Counted from the stretch's first letter, positions 39,807 to 50,069 are shown. The stretch is 64,000 bases of DNA from Acidimicrobiia bacterium (GCA_035462175.1 DATHUP010000065.1:64771-128770); one strand, 5' to 3'. Numbers and translations are program-made. Notes: generated by a model from the sequence alone, not told the origin.

Positions 39807-40528
39807 GGTTTGACCGCGACGATGTAGCGATCGCGGCCGCCGAGGTCCTGGCGGACGATGGCGGGCAGGTCGACGAACGAGCTGGTCGCGGAGACACCCT
39901 GCCTCTCCCCGATCTCGCAGATGACGACGCCCCCGGGTCGAAGCCAGGACGCCGCCGACGCGCCGATCCGCTGGATCACCTCGAGACCGGTGGGCCCGGC
40001 TACCAGGGCCACCTTCGGCTCCCTCTGCACGTCGGCGGGCAGCCGGTCGAAATCGACTTCCGCCACATAAGGGGGATTCGCCACGATGAGGTCGACCGAT
40101 CCGAGTATCGCGGTGGGGAGAGGGTCGAAGAGGTCGCCCTCTGCCAGATAGACCTGCAGCCCTGTCCGATACCGGTTGTCGGCGGCGACGTCGATCGCAT
40201 CCGCCGAGATGTCGGTGGCGAAAACGGCGGCCGAGGGGAACCGGCTCTTCAGGGCGAGCGCCAGGGCGCCCGACCCGGTGCAGAGGTCGATGATGATCTC
40301 CGGCTTGCGCACCATGCGGGTCGCCAGCTCGAACAAGCCTTCGGTCTCCGGTCTCGGGATCAGCACCCGTTCGTCGACGGCGATGTCGAGGGGGCCGAAA
40401 GCAGCCGTGCCCTCGATGTACTGCAATGGCTCGCCCCCGAGACGGCGGGCGATCAGATCATCGAGAGATGCGTCGGGACCGGCGGCAGCCTCCAGCCTGA
40501 CTCTCTCGTGTTCGGGAATCGTGGCCAT
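39803..40528 (-). CDS. prmC: release-factor glutamine N5-methyltransferase
   Basis: PLQYIEGTAAFGPL...LIPRPETE...DLCTGSGALALAL...IVANPPYV. ATG 40528 chosen; TTG 40561 is an alternative. Confidence 0.85.
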   Translation of the reverse strand: MATIPEHERVRLEAAAGPDASLDDLIARRLGGEPLQYIEGTAAFGPLDIAVDERVLIPRPETEGLFELATRMVRKPEIIIDLCTGSGALALALKSRFPSAAVFATDISADAIDVAADNRYRTGLQVYLAEGDLFDPLPTAILGSVDLIVANPPYVAEVDFDRLPADVQREPKVALVAGPTGLEVIQRIGASAASWLRPGGVVICEIGERQGVSATSSFVDLPAIVRQDLGGRDRYIVAVKP

Positions 40529-40671
40529 GGGCACGTCCAACTCTCTGATGCAAACCCCCAACCGTCAGAAGATACTTCACTTTTGCCGGCCCAACCGGGA
40601 ACAAAACACCGGCGAGCCCGAGGTCTGCCATCATCGGCCTGGCATGGATGTTCCAGGATGCAAGGACTTCG

Positions 40672-41040
40672 ATGAGTGAGGCCAAGCGAGTTCTTGTCGC
40701 CGACGACTCGGAAACGGTCACGACGGTGCTGGTCACCGCATTGGAGTTGGAGGGCTACCAGGTAGAAACCGCCCGCAACGGTGTCGAAGCGTACGAAATG
40801 GGCGTATCCGGGCGATACGACCTGGTGATCCTCGACCAGTTGATGCCGGGAATGCTCGGGCTGGAGATAATCGACCGTTGGCAACAGGAAGGGCACGAGA
40901 TCCAGACCATCATGCTCTCGGGGGTCGACGACGAGCGCACCGTGGTCGACAGCTTCGAGTCGGGCGCCTTGGACTTCATCAGAAAGCCTTTTCGGCTCCC
41001 CGAATTGCTGGCCCGAGTCCGCCAGCGCCTGCCCGACTGA
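40672..41040 (+). CDS. stand-alone response-regulator receiver domain (CheY-like)
   Basis: RVLVADDSE...YDLVILDQLMPGMLG...IMLSGV...ALDFIRKPF carries the DD, D and K signature and has no output domain. ATG 40672 has AAGGA 5 nt upstream. Confidence 0.85.
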   Translation: MSEAKRVLVADDSETVTTVLVTALELEGYQVETARNGVEAYEMGVSGRYDLVILDQLMPGMLGLEIIDRWQQEGHEIQTIMLSGVDDERTVVDSFESGALDFIRKPFRLPELLARVRQRLPD

Positions 41041-41095
41041 GCACCGGTTTCCTCAATCCGACCTTCGCATCGACCGATGAGAACTGATAGATCTC

Positions 41096-42241
41096 ATGAA
41101 CGCAACCACGATCGGGCTCTTGGCGGTCGGGATCGTCTTCGTCGTCGACATCATCCTGCTGCTGGGGCTGGTGACACTGAAGGCATTCCATCGCAGGCGC
41201 ACCGAGCGCCACGAGCTGCGCCGCGCCGCCTATGTGGCCACCTTGAGCCGTCACCTGGCCTCACAGGGGTCCACCGACCGGATCGGGGCCGAAGCCGCCG
41301 ACGACGACGCATTCATCGACGCGGTCATAGACCTGCGCAATGTCGTGTCCGGCGCGGACACAGAGACCCTCACCGGGCTCGTCGACGGCTTGGGGGTGGC
41401 GCAGAGACAGGTTGCCAAGCTTCGCAGTGGCTTCCCGCTGGGAAGACGGCTTCGGGCGGCGGTATCGCTGGCCGAGATTGGTGACGAGTCGACTGCGCCT
41501 GTCCTCATCGAACATCTCTCCGATCGCGAGCCCGAGATCAGGATCCAATGCGCCCGAGGTCTGGGCCGAATGCGGAACACGGCGTCCATCGACGCCATCC
41601 TGGAGAGGCTGGGCATCGAGAATCCGTGGGTGCGGGTGCGCTTCGCCGACACTCTCATCGGGTTCGGAGCCACGGCGACCTGGCCTCTGACCGCCTACAT
41701 ACGGGTCAATCTCGGCCACGACGAGAACCGCGGGGTGATCGAGGCCATCCGGGTCCTGGGAACCATCGGCGATCGCGAGGTCGGGCCCACCCTGGCCGGT
41801 GTCCTCCGTGTCGCCGCGGATCCTGAAGTCCAGCTGGCCGCAATCGAGGCATTGGGGTTCGTCGGCGGGCCCATGGCCATCCCACCTCTCGACTACGCCC
41901 TGCGCTCATCCGATTGGAGGCTCAGGGCGAAGGCGGCCACCGCACTGGGGAACATCGGCGATCCCACGGTCAACCTCGCGCTGGCCCGGGGGCTGGAGGA
42001 CGAGAACTGGTGGGTGAGACGCAACTCGGCTGCCGCCCTGGGATCTTTGCCGGGCGGCGACCGACTGCTGCTGAATGCGATGAGGTCTGCCGACCCCTTC
42101 GCCCGGGATGCAGCCGCCGAGGCTCTCGCCGACATCGGCGCTCTCACCACTGCCCGAGAGCGAGACGAAACCGGACAGGCCACCGAGGAAGACCTCCTGC
42201 TCCTCGAGCATGTCACCGCCGGGAAACGGGTGCTGGTGTGA
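41096..42241 (+). CDS. membrane-anchored HEAT-repeat (PBS-lyase-type) protein
   Basis: N-terminal TM helix LLAVGIVFVVDIILLLGLV, followed by at least six repeats of the D..vR..Aa.aLG.igd pattern (for example EPEIRIQCARGLGRM, DWRLRAKAATALGNIGD, NWWVRRNSAAALGSL). Confidence 0.8.
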   Translation: MNATTIGLLAVGIVFVVDIILLLGLVTLKAFHRRRTERHELRRAAYVATLSRHLASQGSTDRIGAEAADDDAFIDAVIDLRNVVSGADTETLTGLVDGLGVAQRQVAKLRSGFPLGRRLRAAVSLAEIGDESTAPVLIEHLSDREPEIRIQCARGLGRMRNTASIDAILERLGIENPWVRVRFADTLIGFGATATWPLTAYIRVNLGHDENRGVIEAIRVLGTIGDREVGPTLAGVLRVAADPEVQLAAIEALGFVGGPMAIPPLDYALRSSDWRLRAKAATALGNIGDPTVNLALARGLEDENWWVRRNSAAALGSLPGGDRLLLNAMRSADPFARDAAAEALADIGALTTARERDETGQATEEDLLLLEHVTAGKRVLV

Positions 42242-43647
42242 TCAACGACCTCCTCGCCTGGGCGGGCTACGCCACGCTGATCTACTTCATCGTCATGCAG
42301 GCGTACATGATCGGTCTCGGGCTGCGCTCGGGGGCGGTCATGCGACGCACCCATCACCTCAACCGGTTCGGACGGGTCTCCGAGATGCTCTCCAGCTACA
42401 CCTCGCCCCCCGTCTCCATCGTGATCCCTGCCTACAACGAGGCAGCGGGGATCGTCGCCTCGGTCCGCTCTATGTCGATCGTCGGCTACCCGCGCTTCGA
42501 GATCATCGTCACCAACGACGGATCCAGCGACGAGACCCTGAAAGAGCTTGTGGAGGCGTTCAACCTGGAGCAGGTCCGGGTCCCCTATCGCGCCGACATC
42601 CCTACCGCACCGCTGCGAGGTATCTACCGGGGACGGGGGACGGTGGACATAACCGTGATCGACAAGGAGAACGGGGGGCGGGCCGACGCCCTCAACGCCG
42701 GGATCAACGCGGCGCGCTATCCCTACGCCCTCTGCACCGACGCCGACGTCATCCTCGACGCCAATTGCCTGGTAGGTGCCATGCGCCGGGTGGTCGAGGA
42801 CCGGGAGAGGACCGTCGCCGTCGGTGGCAACATCCGGCCCCTCAACGGGAGCCGGGTCCAACTCGGCCATCTGATCAGGGCCGAAGTGCCCAAGAGGCTG
42901 GTCCCACGGATGCAGGTGCTGGAATACCTGCGCACCTTCCTCGCCAGCCGGCCCGCCTGGTCGCAGATGGAGGCGCTGCCACTGATCTCAGGAGCCTTCG
43001 GGGTCTGGAAGCGGTCGGCCGTCGTGGCCGTCGGCGGCTTCACCATCGGGCACATGGGAGAGGACATGGACCTGACCATGCGCATGCATCGATATCACAT
43101 CGACAACCAGATCCCCTATCGGATCGTCTACGAGCCGTCGGCGGTGATCTGGACCGAGGTCCCGGAAACCCTGCGGGTGCTGAGACGACAGCGGATCAGA
43201 TGGCACCGCGGGCTGATGACGTCGGTGAAGGACTTCCTCCCCATGACCTTCAACCCGAAGTACGGGAAGCTGGGGATGATCACCTGGGCCGCCATGTTCC
43301 TCTTCGAGTTCCTGGCGCCGCTCATCGAGGTGGTGGGGTGGATCACGATCCCGACCGCGCTCCTCCTCGGAGCGCTGAACACGACCACTCTCTTCGTCCT
43401 CCTCGCCCTCGCCTTCGGCATCGGGCTGCTCAACTCGTTGGTCGCCCTCCTTCTCGACGAGTCCTACGGCTACTTCAACTCCAGGACCGACACCGCCCGA
43501 CTCATCGTGATGGCCCTCATCGAGAACTTCGGCATGCGCCAGCTCACGGTTGCCTGGCGGATCCGCGCCTTCATCGGCGGCAAGGGCACCCGCGCCTGGG
43601 GCAACATGGAGCGAAGGGGCGTGGCGAACCTCGGCATCGAGGGGTGA
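42238..43647 (+). CDS. processive family-2 glycosyltransferase (PgaC/IcaA/NodC/cellulose-synthase-like polysaccharide synthase)
   Basis: VSIVIPAYNE, TNDGSSDET, CTDADVIL, GEDMDLT and RRQRIRWHRG (Q/RxxRW), with N- and C-terminal TM helices. GTG 42238 overlaps the HEAT gene stop as GTGA. Confidence 0.88.
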   Translation: MINDLLAWAGYATLIYFIVMQAYMIGLGLRSGAVMRRTHHLNRFGRVSEMLSSYTSPPVSIVIPAYNEAAGIVASVRSMSIVGYPRFEIIVTNDGSSDETLKELVEAFNLEQVRVPYRADIPTAPLRGIYRGRGTVDITVIDKENGGRADALNAGINAARYPYALCTDADVILDANCLVGAMRRVVEDRERTVAVGGNIRPLNGSRVQLGHLIRAEVPKRLVPRMQVLEYLRTFLASRPAWSQMEALPLISGAFGVWKRSAVVAVGGFTIGHMGEDMDLTMRMHRYHIDNQIPYRIVYEPSAVIWTEVPETLRVLRRQRIRWHRGLMTSVKDFLPMTFNPKYGKLGMITWAAMFLFEFLAPLIEVVGWITIPTALLLGALNTTTLFVLLALAFGIGLLNSLVALLLDESYGYFNSRTDTARLIVMALIENFGMRQLTVAWRIRAFIGGKGTRAWGNMERRGVANLGIEG

Positions 43648-43657
43648 AGCCGCACCG

Positions 43658-43808
43658 AACCTGAGGTTCTGCGTTGCATATACGTTACGAACTCTCTCGA
43701 GTTCGAGCGACGCGGTCGGGGACGCGGGGGTCGCCGGGATCCAGGTCGAGGGCGGACCGGTGAACTCGAGGCGGTTTGTGGCAAATGCGTTACGTGGAAC
43801 CTCAGGTT
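43658..43808. repeat. 151-bp TIR-flanked intergenic repeat, copy 2 (inverse orientation relative to copy 1)
   Basis: AACCTGAGGTTCTGCGTTGCATATACGTTACGAACTCTCTCGAG...CTCGAGGCGGTTTGTGGCAAATGCGTTACGTGGAACCTCAGGTT. The terminal roughly 45 bp at each end match the reverse complement of 6941-7058. The central core differs and is longer. Confidence 0.7.
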
Positions 43809-43824
43809 TCGGGTCTCCACCCGC

Positions 43825-44880
43825 TCACCCGCCGTCGGCGAGACGGGTGGCCTGTTCGTCGGTGGTGAGGGCGGTGACGAACTCGTCGAGGTCGCCGTCG
43901 AGGACTTGATCCAGTCGTCTCAGAGTGAGCCCGATCCGATGATCGGTCACGCGGTTCTCCTTGAAGTTGTAGGTGCGGATCTTCTCCGAGCGCTGGCCGG
44001 ACCCGACCTGGGAGCGCCGAGCACCGGCCACCTCGGATTGACGCCGCTCCAGCTCACGCTGGTAGAGACGGGCGCGAAGGATGCGCATGGCCTTCTCCTT
44101 GTTCTGGAGCTGGCTCTTCTCGTCCTGACAGGTGACCACCGTCCCGGTGGGGAGATGGGTGAGCCGGACGGCGGAGTCGGTGGTGTTGACCGACTGGCCG
44201 CCGGGGCCGGTGGAGCGATACACGTCGATCTTGACCTCGGCGGGGTCGATCTCGACCTCCACCTCCTCGGCTTCGGGGAGGACGGCCACCGTGGCGGTCG
44301 AGGTGTGGACCCGGCCCTGGGACTCGGTCTTGGGGACCCGCTGCACCCGATGGACCCCGGCCTCATACTTCATCCTCGAATAGGCCCCTTTTCCTTTCAA
44401 CGCCACAGTCACCTTGTCGTAGCCACCCGCCTCGGAGGGTGAGCTGTCCATCGGCTCGATCTTGAACCCGTGGCGTTCGGCATAGTGCTCGTACATGCGG
44501 AGCAGGTCGCCCGCCCAGATCGCGGCCTCGTCCCCGCCTGCCGCGGACCGGATCTCGACGATCACGTCCTTCTCGTCGGTCGGGTCGGCAGGAACCAGGG
44601 CCGAGGTCACACGACTCTCGAGTTGCTCGATCTCCGCCGCCAACTCACTGGCGAGAGCAGCCATGTCAGGGTCGTCCATCGCCCGAGCCTCGTCGAAGTC
44701 CGTTTGCGCCTGCCGGAGACGCCGGATGTCGGCCACCACGTCACGCAGATCGGAGTGACGTTTGCCCAACTCGGCGAGAAGGGACGAGTCTGCCAGGGTC
44801 TCAGGATCTCCCAGCGCCGTCTCTGTTTCCTCGAACACGGCTTCGATCTCGGCGAGCCTCGCCGCCAGGGACTCCTCCAT
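43825..44880 (-). CDS. prfA: peptide chain release factor 1
   Basis: [16 protein letters not shown] (PxT region), [18 protein letters not shown] (GGQ), [14 protein letters not shown] 44880 chosen. Confidence 0.95.
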   Translation of the reverse strand: MEESLAARLAEIEAVFEETETALGDPETLADSSLLAELGKRHSDLRDVVADIRRLRQAQTDFDEARAMDDPDMAALASELAAEIEQLESRVTSALVPADPTDEKDVIVEIRSAAGGDEAAIWAGDLLRMYEHYAERHGFKIEPMDSSPSEAGGYDKVTVALKGKGAYSRMKYEAGVHRVQRVPKTESQGRVHTSTATVAVLPEAEEVEVEIDPAEVKIDVYRSTGPGGQSVNTTDSAVRLTHLPTGTVVTCQDEKSQLQNKEKAMRILRARLYQRELERRQSEVAGARRSQVGSGQRSEKIRTYNFKENRVTDHRIGLTLRRLDQVLDGDLDEFVTALTTDEQATRLADGG

Positions 44881-45896
44881 CAGCCCTCCTCGTGGGGGGA
44901 GGTGATGCCGAAGACGACACGGCGCACCTCCAGGGCAGACTCGGGCACGCCGCCGCGCCCGATCACGTCGTCCACCATCTCGTCGTCCAAGGCGACCACC
45001 AGACTCGAGATGGCCACCTCGATCTGGGTCTCGTCGGGCACCCTGGTGGTGAGCTTCTGCAGCCAGACACCCGGAGCGGCCAGGGCACGGGCGAGAAGCC
45101 CCGACCTCCGCGTCCCCGACCAACGCAACAACTCGTAGGCGAAGCCGGCGACGACCGGGATGCCCAGGAGACGGGAGGTGACCAGGAACGCCCATCCGGG
45201 CCGGCCGAAGAAGGTGAAGAGGATGATCGAGCCCAGCACGACGATCAACAGGAAGCTGGTCCCGCACCGGGGATGCTCGGGCGGATAGCGACGCACCGAT
45301 TGGATGCTGAGGGGCTCCCCCGCCTCGTAGGCATGGATGGACATGTGCTCGGCGCCGTGATACTCGAACACCCGCCCGATCTCAGCGGAGCGGCCGATCA
45401 CCCAGATGTACCCGACGAACAGGAAGAGACGGGTGACCCCTTCGATCACGTTGAACACGATCCCGGACTCGCCCGACACCGCCCCGGCGGCCAGGGCGGG
45501 AAGGAGGATGAAGATCCCGGCGAAGAGCACGAAGGCCAGGGTCATGGTCCAACCGATCTGGGCCCGGGTCAGCGGCTCCTCTTCCTCACCGGCCGCCTTC
45601 TCCGCAGACCAGGAGAGGGCGCGGAAGCCGAGGCTCAGCGACTCCCAGAGCACGACGATGCCCCGGACGAGGGGGATTCGAGCAGCCCGATTCCTCTCGG
45701 CGAGACGACCGAGGACGTCGCGACGGGCGACGATGGTCTGATCCGGCTGTCGCACCGCCACCGACCAGGCGCCAGGGGCGCGCATCATCACACCCTCGAT
45801 CACTGCCTGACCCCCGACCGTCTTGGCCGGGTCGATCGAACCGCTCAGCCGCGGCGCGGCCGACTCACTCTGCGTCAGCGGCTTCCGCCTCCGCAC
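44880..45896 (-). CDS. DUF1385-family membrane protein
   Basis: [13 protein letters not shown]...[13 protein letters not shown]...[12 protein letters not shown] is typical of DUF1385. The start is approximate: GTG 45896 overlaps the rpmE 3' end and later near-cognate starts are possible. Confidence 0.72.
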   Translation of the reverse strand: MRRRKPLTQSESAAPRLSGSIDPAKTVGGQAVIEGVMMRAPGAWSVAVRQPDQTIVARRDVLGRLAERNRAARIPLVRGIVVLWESLSLGFRALSWSAEKAAGEEEEPLTRAQIGWTMTLAFVLFAGIFILLPALAAGAVSGESGIVFNVIEGVTRLFLFVGYIWVIGRSAEIGRVFEYHGAEHMSIHAYEAGEPLSIQSVRRYPPEHPRCGTSFLLIVVLGSIILFTFFGRPGWAFLVTSRLLGIPVVAGFAYELLRWSGTRRSGLLARALAAPGVWLQKLTTRVPDETQIEVAISSLVVALDDEMVDDVIGRGGVPESALEVRRVVFGITSPHEEG

Positions 45897-46131
45897 TCGA
45901 ATCGACCGGATCCCCGGCCTTGGTGAAGGCGGTCTTCCCGTAACGCCTCTGGAAGCGCTCGACCCGCCCACCGCTGTCAACCAGCTTCTGCTTGCCGGTG
46001 AAGAACGGGTGGCACTCATTGCACAACTCGATGTGCATGTCGCCGGGTTTGGTGCTCCTGGTCGTGAAGGTGTTGCCACACGAACAGGTGACGTGGGTCT
46101 CGGCGTAGGTGGGATGAACTTCGGTCTTCAC
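45865..46131 (-). CDS. rpmE: 50S ribosomal protein L31
   Basis: [27 protein letters not shown]...[16 protein letters not shown]. Confidence 0.93.
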   Translation of the reverse strand: MKTEVHPTYAETHVTCSCGNTFTTRSTKPGDMHIELCNECHPFFTGKQKLVDSGGRVERFQRRYGKTAFTKAGDPVDSSAEAEAADAE

Positions 46132-46144
46132 CTCGGGCTCCTAT

Positions 46145-47626
46145 CTAGTTGCCGCTGCTCTTCGCAACTTCGGCGAGGAACTCGGCATTGGACTTCGTGG
46201 TCTTCAGGCGGTCGATGAGCAGCTCGAGTGCGGCACCGGATTCCAGTGCCAACAGCACCCGGCGCAGCTTCCACACCTGGGTCAGCTCCGTCTGGTCGAA
46301 CAGCAGCTCTTCTTTCCTTGTTCCCGAAGCCTCGATATCGATCGCCGGGTAGATCCGCTTGTCGGCCAGCTTTCGATCGAGACGCAGCTCCATGTTCCCC
46401 GTGCCTTTGAACTCCTCGAAGATGACCTCGTCCATCTTGGACCCGGTCTCCACCAGGGCGGTGCCGAGGATGGTGAGCGAACCGCCCTCCTCGATGTTGC
46501 GGGCGGCGCCGAAGAACCGCTTGGGCGGATACAGGGCTTGGGAGTCGACACCACCGGAGAGAATCCGGCCCGAGGCCGGGGTGGCCAGGTTGTGGGCACG
46601 GGCGAGACGGGTGATCGAGTCGAGGAGGATGACGACATCGGTGCCCATCTCCACCAGCCGCTTGGCCCGCTCCAGCGCGAGCTCAGACACCTGGGTGTGC
46701 TCCTCTGCGGGACGGTCGAAGGTGGAGTAGATGACTTCGCCCTTGACCGAGCGCTGCATGTCGGTGACCTCTTCGGGCCGCTCGTCGACGAGGACCACCA
46801 TGAGGTAACACTCCGGGTTGTTGGTAGTGATCGCCTGGGCCATCTCCTGGAGCACCGTGGTCTTGCCCGCCTTGGGCGGCGAGACGATCAGGCCGCGCTG
46901 CCCTTTGCCGATCGGGGCGATGAGGTCGACGATCCGGGTGAGGATGCCGTTGGCCCTGCCGTCGATCTCGAGACGGAGCCTCTCGTCGGGGAACAAGGGG
47001 GTGAGTGACTCGAACCTGGGCCGTTTCATCGCCTCGTCCGATGTCATCCCGTTCACCTTGTCGATGCGGACGACGGCGGGGAACTTCTCCTTCGAGCGCG
47101 GGGGCCGGATCGGCCCGGAGACTATGTCGCCCTTGCGGAGACGGAACTTGCGCACCTGGTTGGCCGAGACGTAGACGTCCTTGTCGCCGGCCAGATAGCC
47201 GGTGACCCTGAGAAACCCGTAGCCCTCGGGGAGGATGTCCAACAGCCCTTCACGGGTCTCGAGGTCCTCCTCGGGGATGAACTCGTCCTCGCGTCCCCCG
47301 CCGCGACGGCGCCGGTTGCGGTTGCGCGAGGCACCCTGGCGGTCGTCGCTGTCGCCGCGCCCACCCTGGCGCCCATCGGAACGCGAACCGTCGGTCTCGG
47401 CGGCATCGGCTTGTGCCTCGCCGTCCTGGGCGGCACGCTCCACCCTGGGAGTCGCCTGGGGCAGGTCGACATCCTCGGTAGGTGATGCCTCGGCGACCTG
47501 ACCTGCGTCGACGAGGGCGGTGATCAGCTTCGATTTTTGGAGACCATCGGTCTCGATGCCTACTGCATCGGCGATCTGTCGCAGTTCGTCGATGGACTTG
47601 CTCTGGAGTTGAGCTCGTGTGGTCAT
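46145..47626 (-). CDS. rho: transcription termination factor Rho (with an actinobacterial-type R/G/D-rich N-terminal insert)
   Basis: Insert [35 protein letters not shown], then GYGFLR and the P-loop SPPKAGKTT, then [24 protein letters not shown] 47626 chosen. Confidence 0.95.
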   Translation of the reverse strand: MTTRAQLQSKSIDELRQIADAVGIETDGLQKSKLITALVDAGQVAEASPTEDVDLPQATPRVERAAQDGEAQADAAETDGSRSDGRQGGRGDSDDRQGASRNRNRRRRGGGREDEFIPEEDLETREGLLDILPEGYGFLRVTGYLAGDKDVYVSANQVRKFRLRKGDIVSGPIRPPRSKEKFPAVVRIDKVNGMTSDEAMKRPRFESLTPLFPDERLRLEIDGRANGILTRIVDLIAPIGKGQRGLIVSPPKAGKTTVLQEMAQAITTNNPECYLMVVLVDERPEEVTDMQRSVKGEVIYSTFDRPAEEHTQVSELALERAKRLVEMGTDVVILLDSITRLARAHNLATPASGRILSGGVDSQALYPPKRFFGAARNIEEGGSLTILGTALVETGSKMDEVIFEEFKGTGNMELRLDRKLADKRIYPAIDIEASGTRKEELLFDQTELTQVWKLRRVLLALESGAALELLIDRLKTTKSNAEFLAEVAKSSGN

Positions 47627-47794
47627 TGGATCCTTCGCGATTCGTCGCGGACTCGATCGGACCGGGATACGCACCATCGCACTGCAATGGGGCATGCCTC
47701 GGATGAGGCTGTGGGAGGGTGGCCGAAACGTCCCGTGGCGTGGTCGGCGAACCCCATAGTAGCCGCTCGCCCGTGTTGCGCAAAGCAGTTGGGG

Positions 47795-49012
47795 TCAACG
47801 GAGGAGGCGGTCGAGCTGTGACGGCTCCGCCTCTATCACCTCGAAGTGCTCCGGTGCCGTGGCCAAGCCCTCGAAGCCGGGCGGCGGGTCCGGTCTGCGA
47901 CCGATGGCCCGCTCGACAGCCTCCCCGAATTTGGCCGGGTGCGCGGTAGCCACGACCACCTGGCGACGCGGGCCCGCTACGGCGCCGCCGACGGACCACG
48001 CGGTGGCAGTGTGCGGGTCGAGGAGATAGCCGTGGGCGTCGTGCACTTCGGCGATGGTGCGGATGATCTCCTCGTCGTCGGCGTACCCGGCCCGGAACAC
48101 GCGTGACGGGTCGTCGGTGAATCGCTCCAAGTTGGAAGGCACCGTGACGTCCATCGCCGGCGCCAGGGTCGGGGTCACCTCGGAGGCCGGCATCTCACCC
48201 GTGTTGATCAGATCGGCCAATCCCCTGTTGGCGTTGTTGGCAATGGTTATATCCTCGATGGTCGCTCCCATCTGCTTCGCCACCCAGCAGGAGAGCACGT
48301 TGCCGAAGTTGCCGGTGGGGACGACGACGTCGAACGGCTTCCCCATCCTCGCGGAGAGGTAGACGTAGTAGCCGACCTGAGCCGCAACGCGCGCCCAGTT
48401 GATCGAGTTGAAGGCGAGCAATCCGACATGACGCCCGAAGGCCTCCTTGACCATCGCCTGGCAGTCGTCGAAGGTGCCGTCGACCGCCACGGCGAGCACG
48501 TTGGGATCGTCGACCGTGGTCATCTGTCGCCGCTGGAACTCGGAGACCTTGCCTTCCGGGAAGAGGACCACGATGCGAAGGTTGGGCCTCCCCCTGCAGG
48601 CCTCGATCGCCGCCGAGCCGGTGTCTCCCGAAGTGGCGCCCAGGATCGTCCTCTGCTCTCCCACCTCCCGGTCGAGCATGCGGGCCACTATCTGAAGTGC
48701 ATGGTCCTTGAAGGACAGCGTCGGGCCCCAAAAAAGCTCGAGCACGTGACGATCCCCCACCGGGACCAGAGGGGCAACCTCGGGATGCCTGAACCGGGAT
48801 GCTGCCTCCAGGACCAGGGGGCCTACCCGCTCCGCACCGAAGAGAGTCAACGCCACGGTGACCGCCTGTTGGTAGCTCCACTTCTCCCAACCTCGGGGGA
48901 GCGAGGGGATCACCTCGGGGACGAACAGGCCCCCGTCCGGGGCGAGCCCGGTCAGCATCGCGCCACGGAAGTCGAGAGGCTCCGCCTCTCCTCTCGTCGA
49001 TAGGTATCTCAT
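47795..49012 (-). CDS. thrC: threonine synthase
   Basis: MRYLSTRG...GLFVPE...GPTLSFKDHALQ (PLP Lys)...ATSGDTGSAAIEA. Confidence 0.92.
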   Translation of the reverse strand: MRYLSTRGEAEPLDFRGAMLTGLAPDGGLFVPEVIPSLPRGWEKWSYQQAVTVALTLFGAERVGPLVLEAASRFRHPEVAPLVPVGDRHVLELFWGPTLSFKDHALQIVARMLDREVGEQRTILGATSGDTGSAAIEACRGRPNLRIVVLFPEGKVSEFQRRQMTTVDDPNVLAVAVDGTFDDCQAMVKEAFGRHVGLLAFNSINWARVAAQVGYYVYLSARMGKPFDVVVPTGNFGNVLSCWVAKQMGATIEDITIANNANRGLADLINTGEMPASEVTPTLAPAMDVTVPSNLERFTDDPSRVFRAGYADDEEIIRTIAEVHDAHGYLLDPHTATAWSVGGAVAGPRRQVVVATAHPAKFGEAVERAIGRRPDPPPGFEGLATAPEHFEVIEAEPSQLDRLLR

Positions 49013-49129
49013 TGCGGGCGTCGGCCGGGATCCAAGGGTGGGGAGGGAAACGGGCTCGGTCACTTCTCGGGGAAGGGTACAGCGGGTTGCGGTGTTGCCC
49101 CCTCGAGGGCTTACCATTCGATCCTGCCC

Positions 49130-49201
<72 letters not shown>

Positions 49202-49213
49202 CCCATCCAGTTC

Positions 49214-49255
49214 TCAGTACTCAGTACTCAGTACCGAATACCGGTTACCAAGTAC
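49214..49255. repeat. six consecutive 7-bp units ending in TAC (TCAGTAC x3, CGAATAC, CGGTTAC, CAAGTAC)
   Basis: Read directly in the 64-bp tRNA-Arg/ku spacer. This is locally AT-richer sequence. Confidence 0.6.
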
Positions 49256-49265
49256 CATTCATCCC

Positions 49266-50069
49266 ATGCCACGAGCCATCTGGAAAGGCGCCATCAACTT
49301 CGGGCTGGTCACCATCCCGGTCGGGCTCTATACCGCGACCGACAACAAGACGCCCAAGTTCAAGCAGTTGCGCAAGACCGACCATTCCCCGATCCGCTAC
49401 AAGCGGGTAGCCGAGAGCGACGGCAAAGAAGTCGAGTGGGACGACATCGTCAAGGGCTACGAGTTCGAGAAGGACCGTTACGTCGTGTTCACCGACGAGG
49501 AGCTCGACTCGGCCCATCCGGAGGGCAATAAGCTGGTCGACGTCGTCCAATTCGTCGACGAGTCCGAGATCGACCCGATGTACTACAAGTCGTCCTACTA
49601 CCTGGCCCCTGAGAAGACAGGCGTCAAGGCTTACAGGATCCTCGGGGAGGCGCTCGAGGACAAGGGACGGGTCGCTATCGCCAAGGTGTCAATCCGGGAA
49701 AAGCAGCAGCTGGCCACGCTCCGAGCCAAGGACGGCGTGATCGTCATGGAGACGATGTACTGGCCCGACGAGCTCCGCGCCGCCGAATTCGAGGAACTGG
49801 AGACCGAGGTGGAGATCAGGAAGGAAGAGGTGGAGATGGCCGCTTCTCTCATCGACAATCTGACTCGCCCCTTCGCCGCCGATGACTACGTGGACAAGAC
49901 CCGCGAGGTGATCGAGGAGCTTGCCGCAAAGAAGGTCGCAGGCGAGGAGATCATCGCCACCACCTCTCCGGAGCCCACCAAGGTGGTCGACCTGCTCGAT
50001 GCACTCAAAGCCTCGGTCGAGGCGACCAAGTCAAAGGAAAAGGAGAAGGCCACGGCGAAGGCCGGCTAA
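49266..50069 (+). CDS. ku: Ku protein (non-homologous end joining)
   Basis: MPRAIWKGAINFGLVTIPVGLY...YEFEKDRYVVFTDEEL...YYLAPEK, with a basic Lys-rich tail. Confidence 0.92.
   Translation: MPRAIWKGAINFGLVTIPVGLYTATDNKTPKFKQLRKTDHSPIRYKRVAESDGKEVEWDDIVKGYEFEKDRYVVFTDEELDSAHPEGNKLVDVVQFVDESEIDPMYYKSSYYLAPEKTGVKAYRILGEALEDKGRVAIAKVSIREKQQLATLRAKDGVIVMETMYWPDELRAAEFEELETEVEIRKEEVEMAASLIDNLTRPFAADDYVDKTREVIEELAAKKVAGEEIIATTSPEPTKVVDLLDALKASVEATKSKEKEKATAKAG

Noticed and set aside
41914-43647. 577-aa version of the GT2 gene starting inside the HEAT-repeat gene
   Set aside because: The first 108 codons overlap the HEAT gene out of frame and are R/G/P-rich. GTG 42238, a GTGA overlap with the HEAT stop, gives a normal GT2 N-terminal TM helix.
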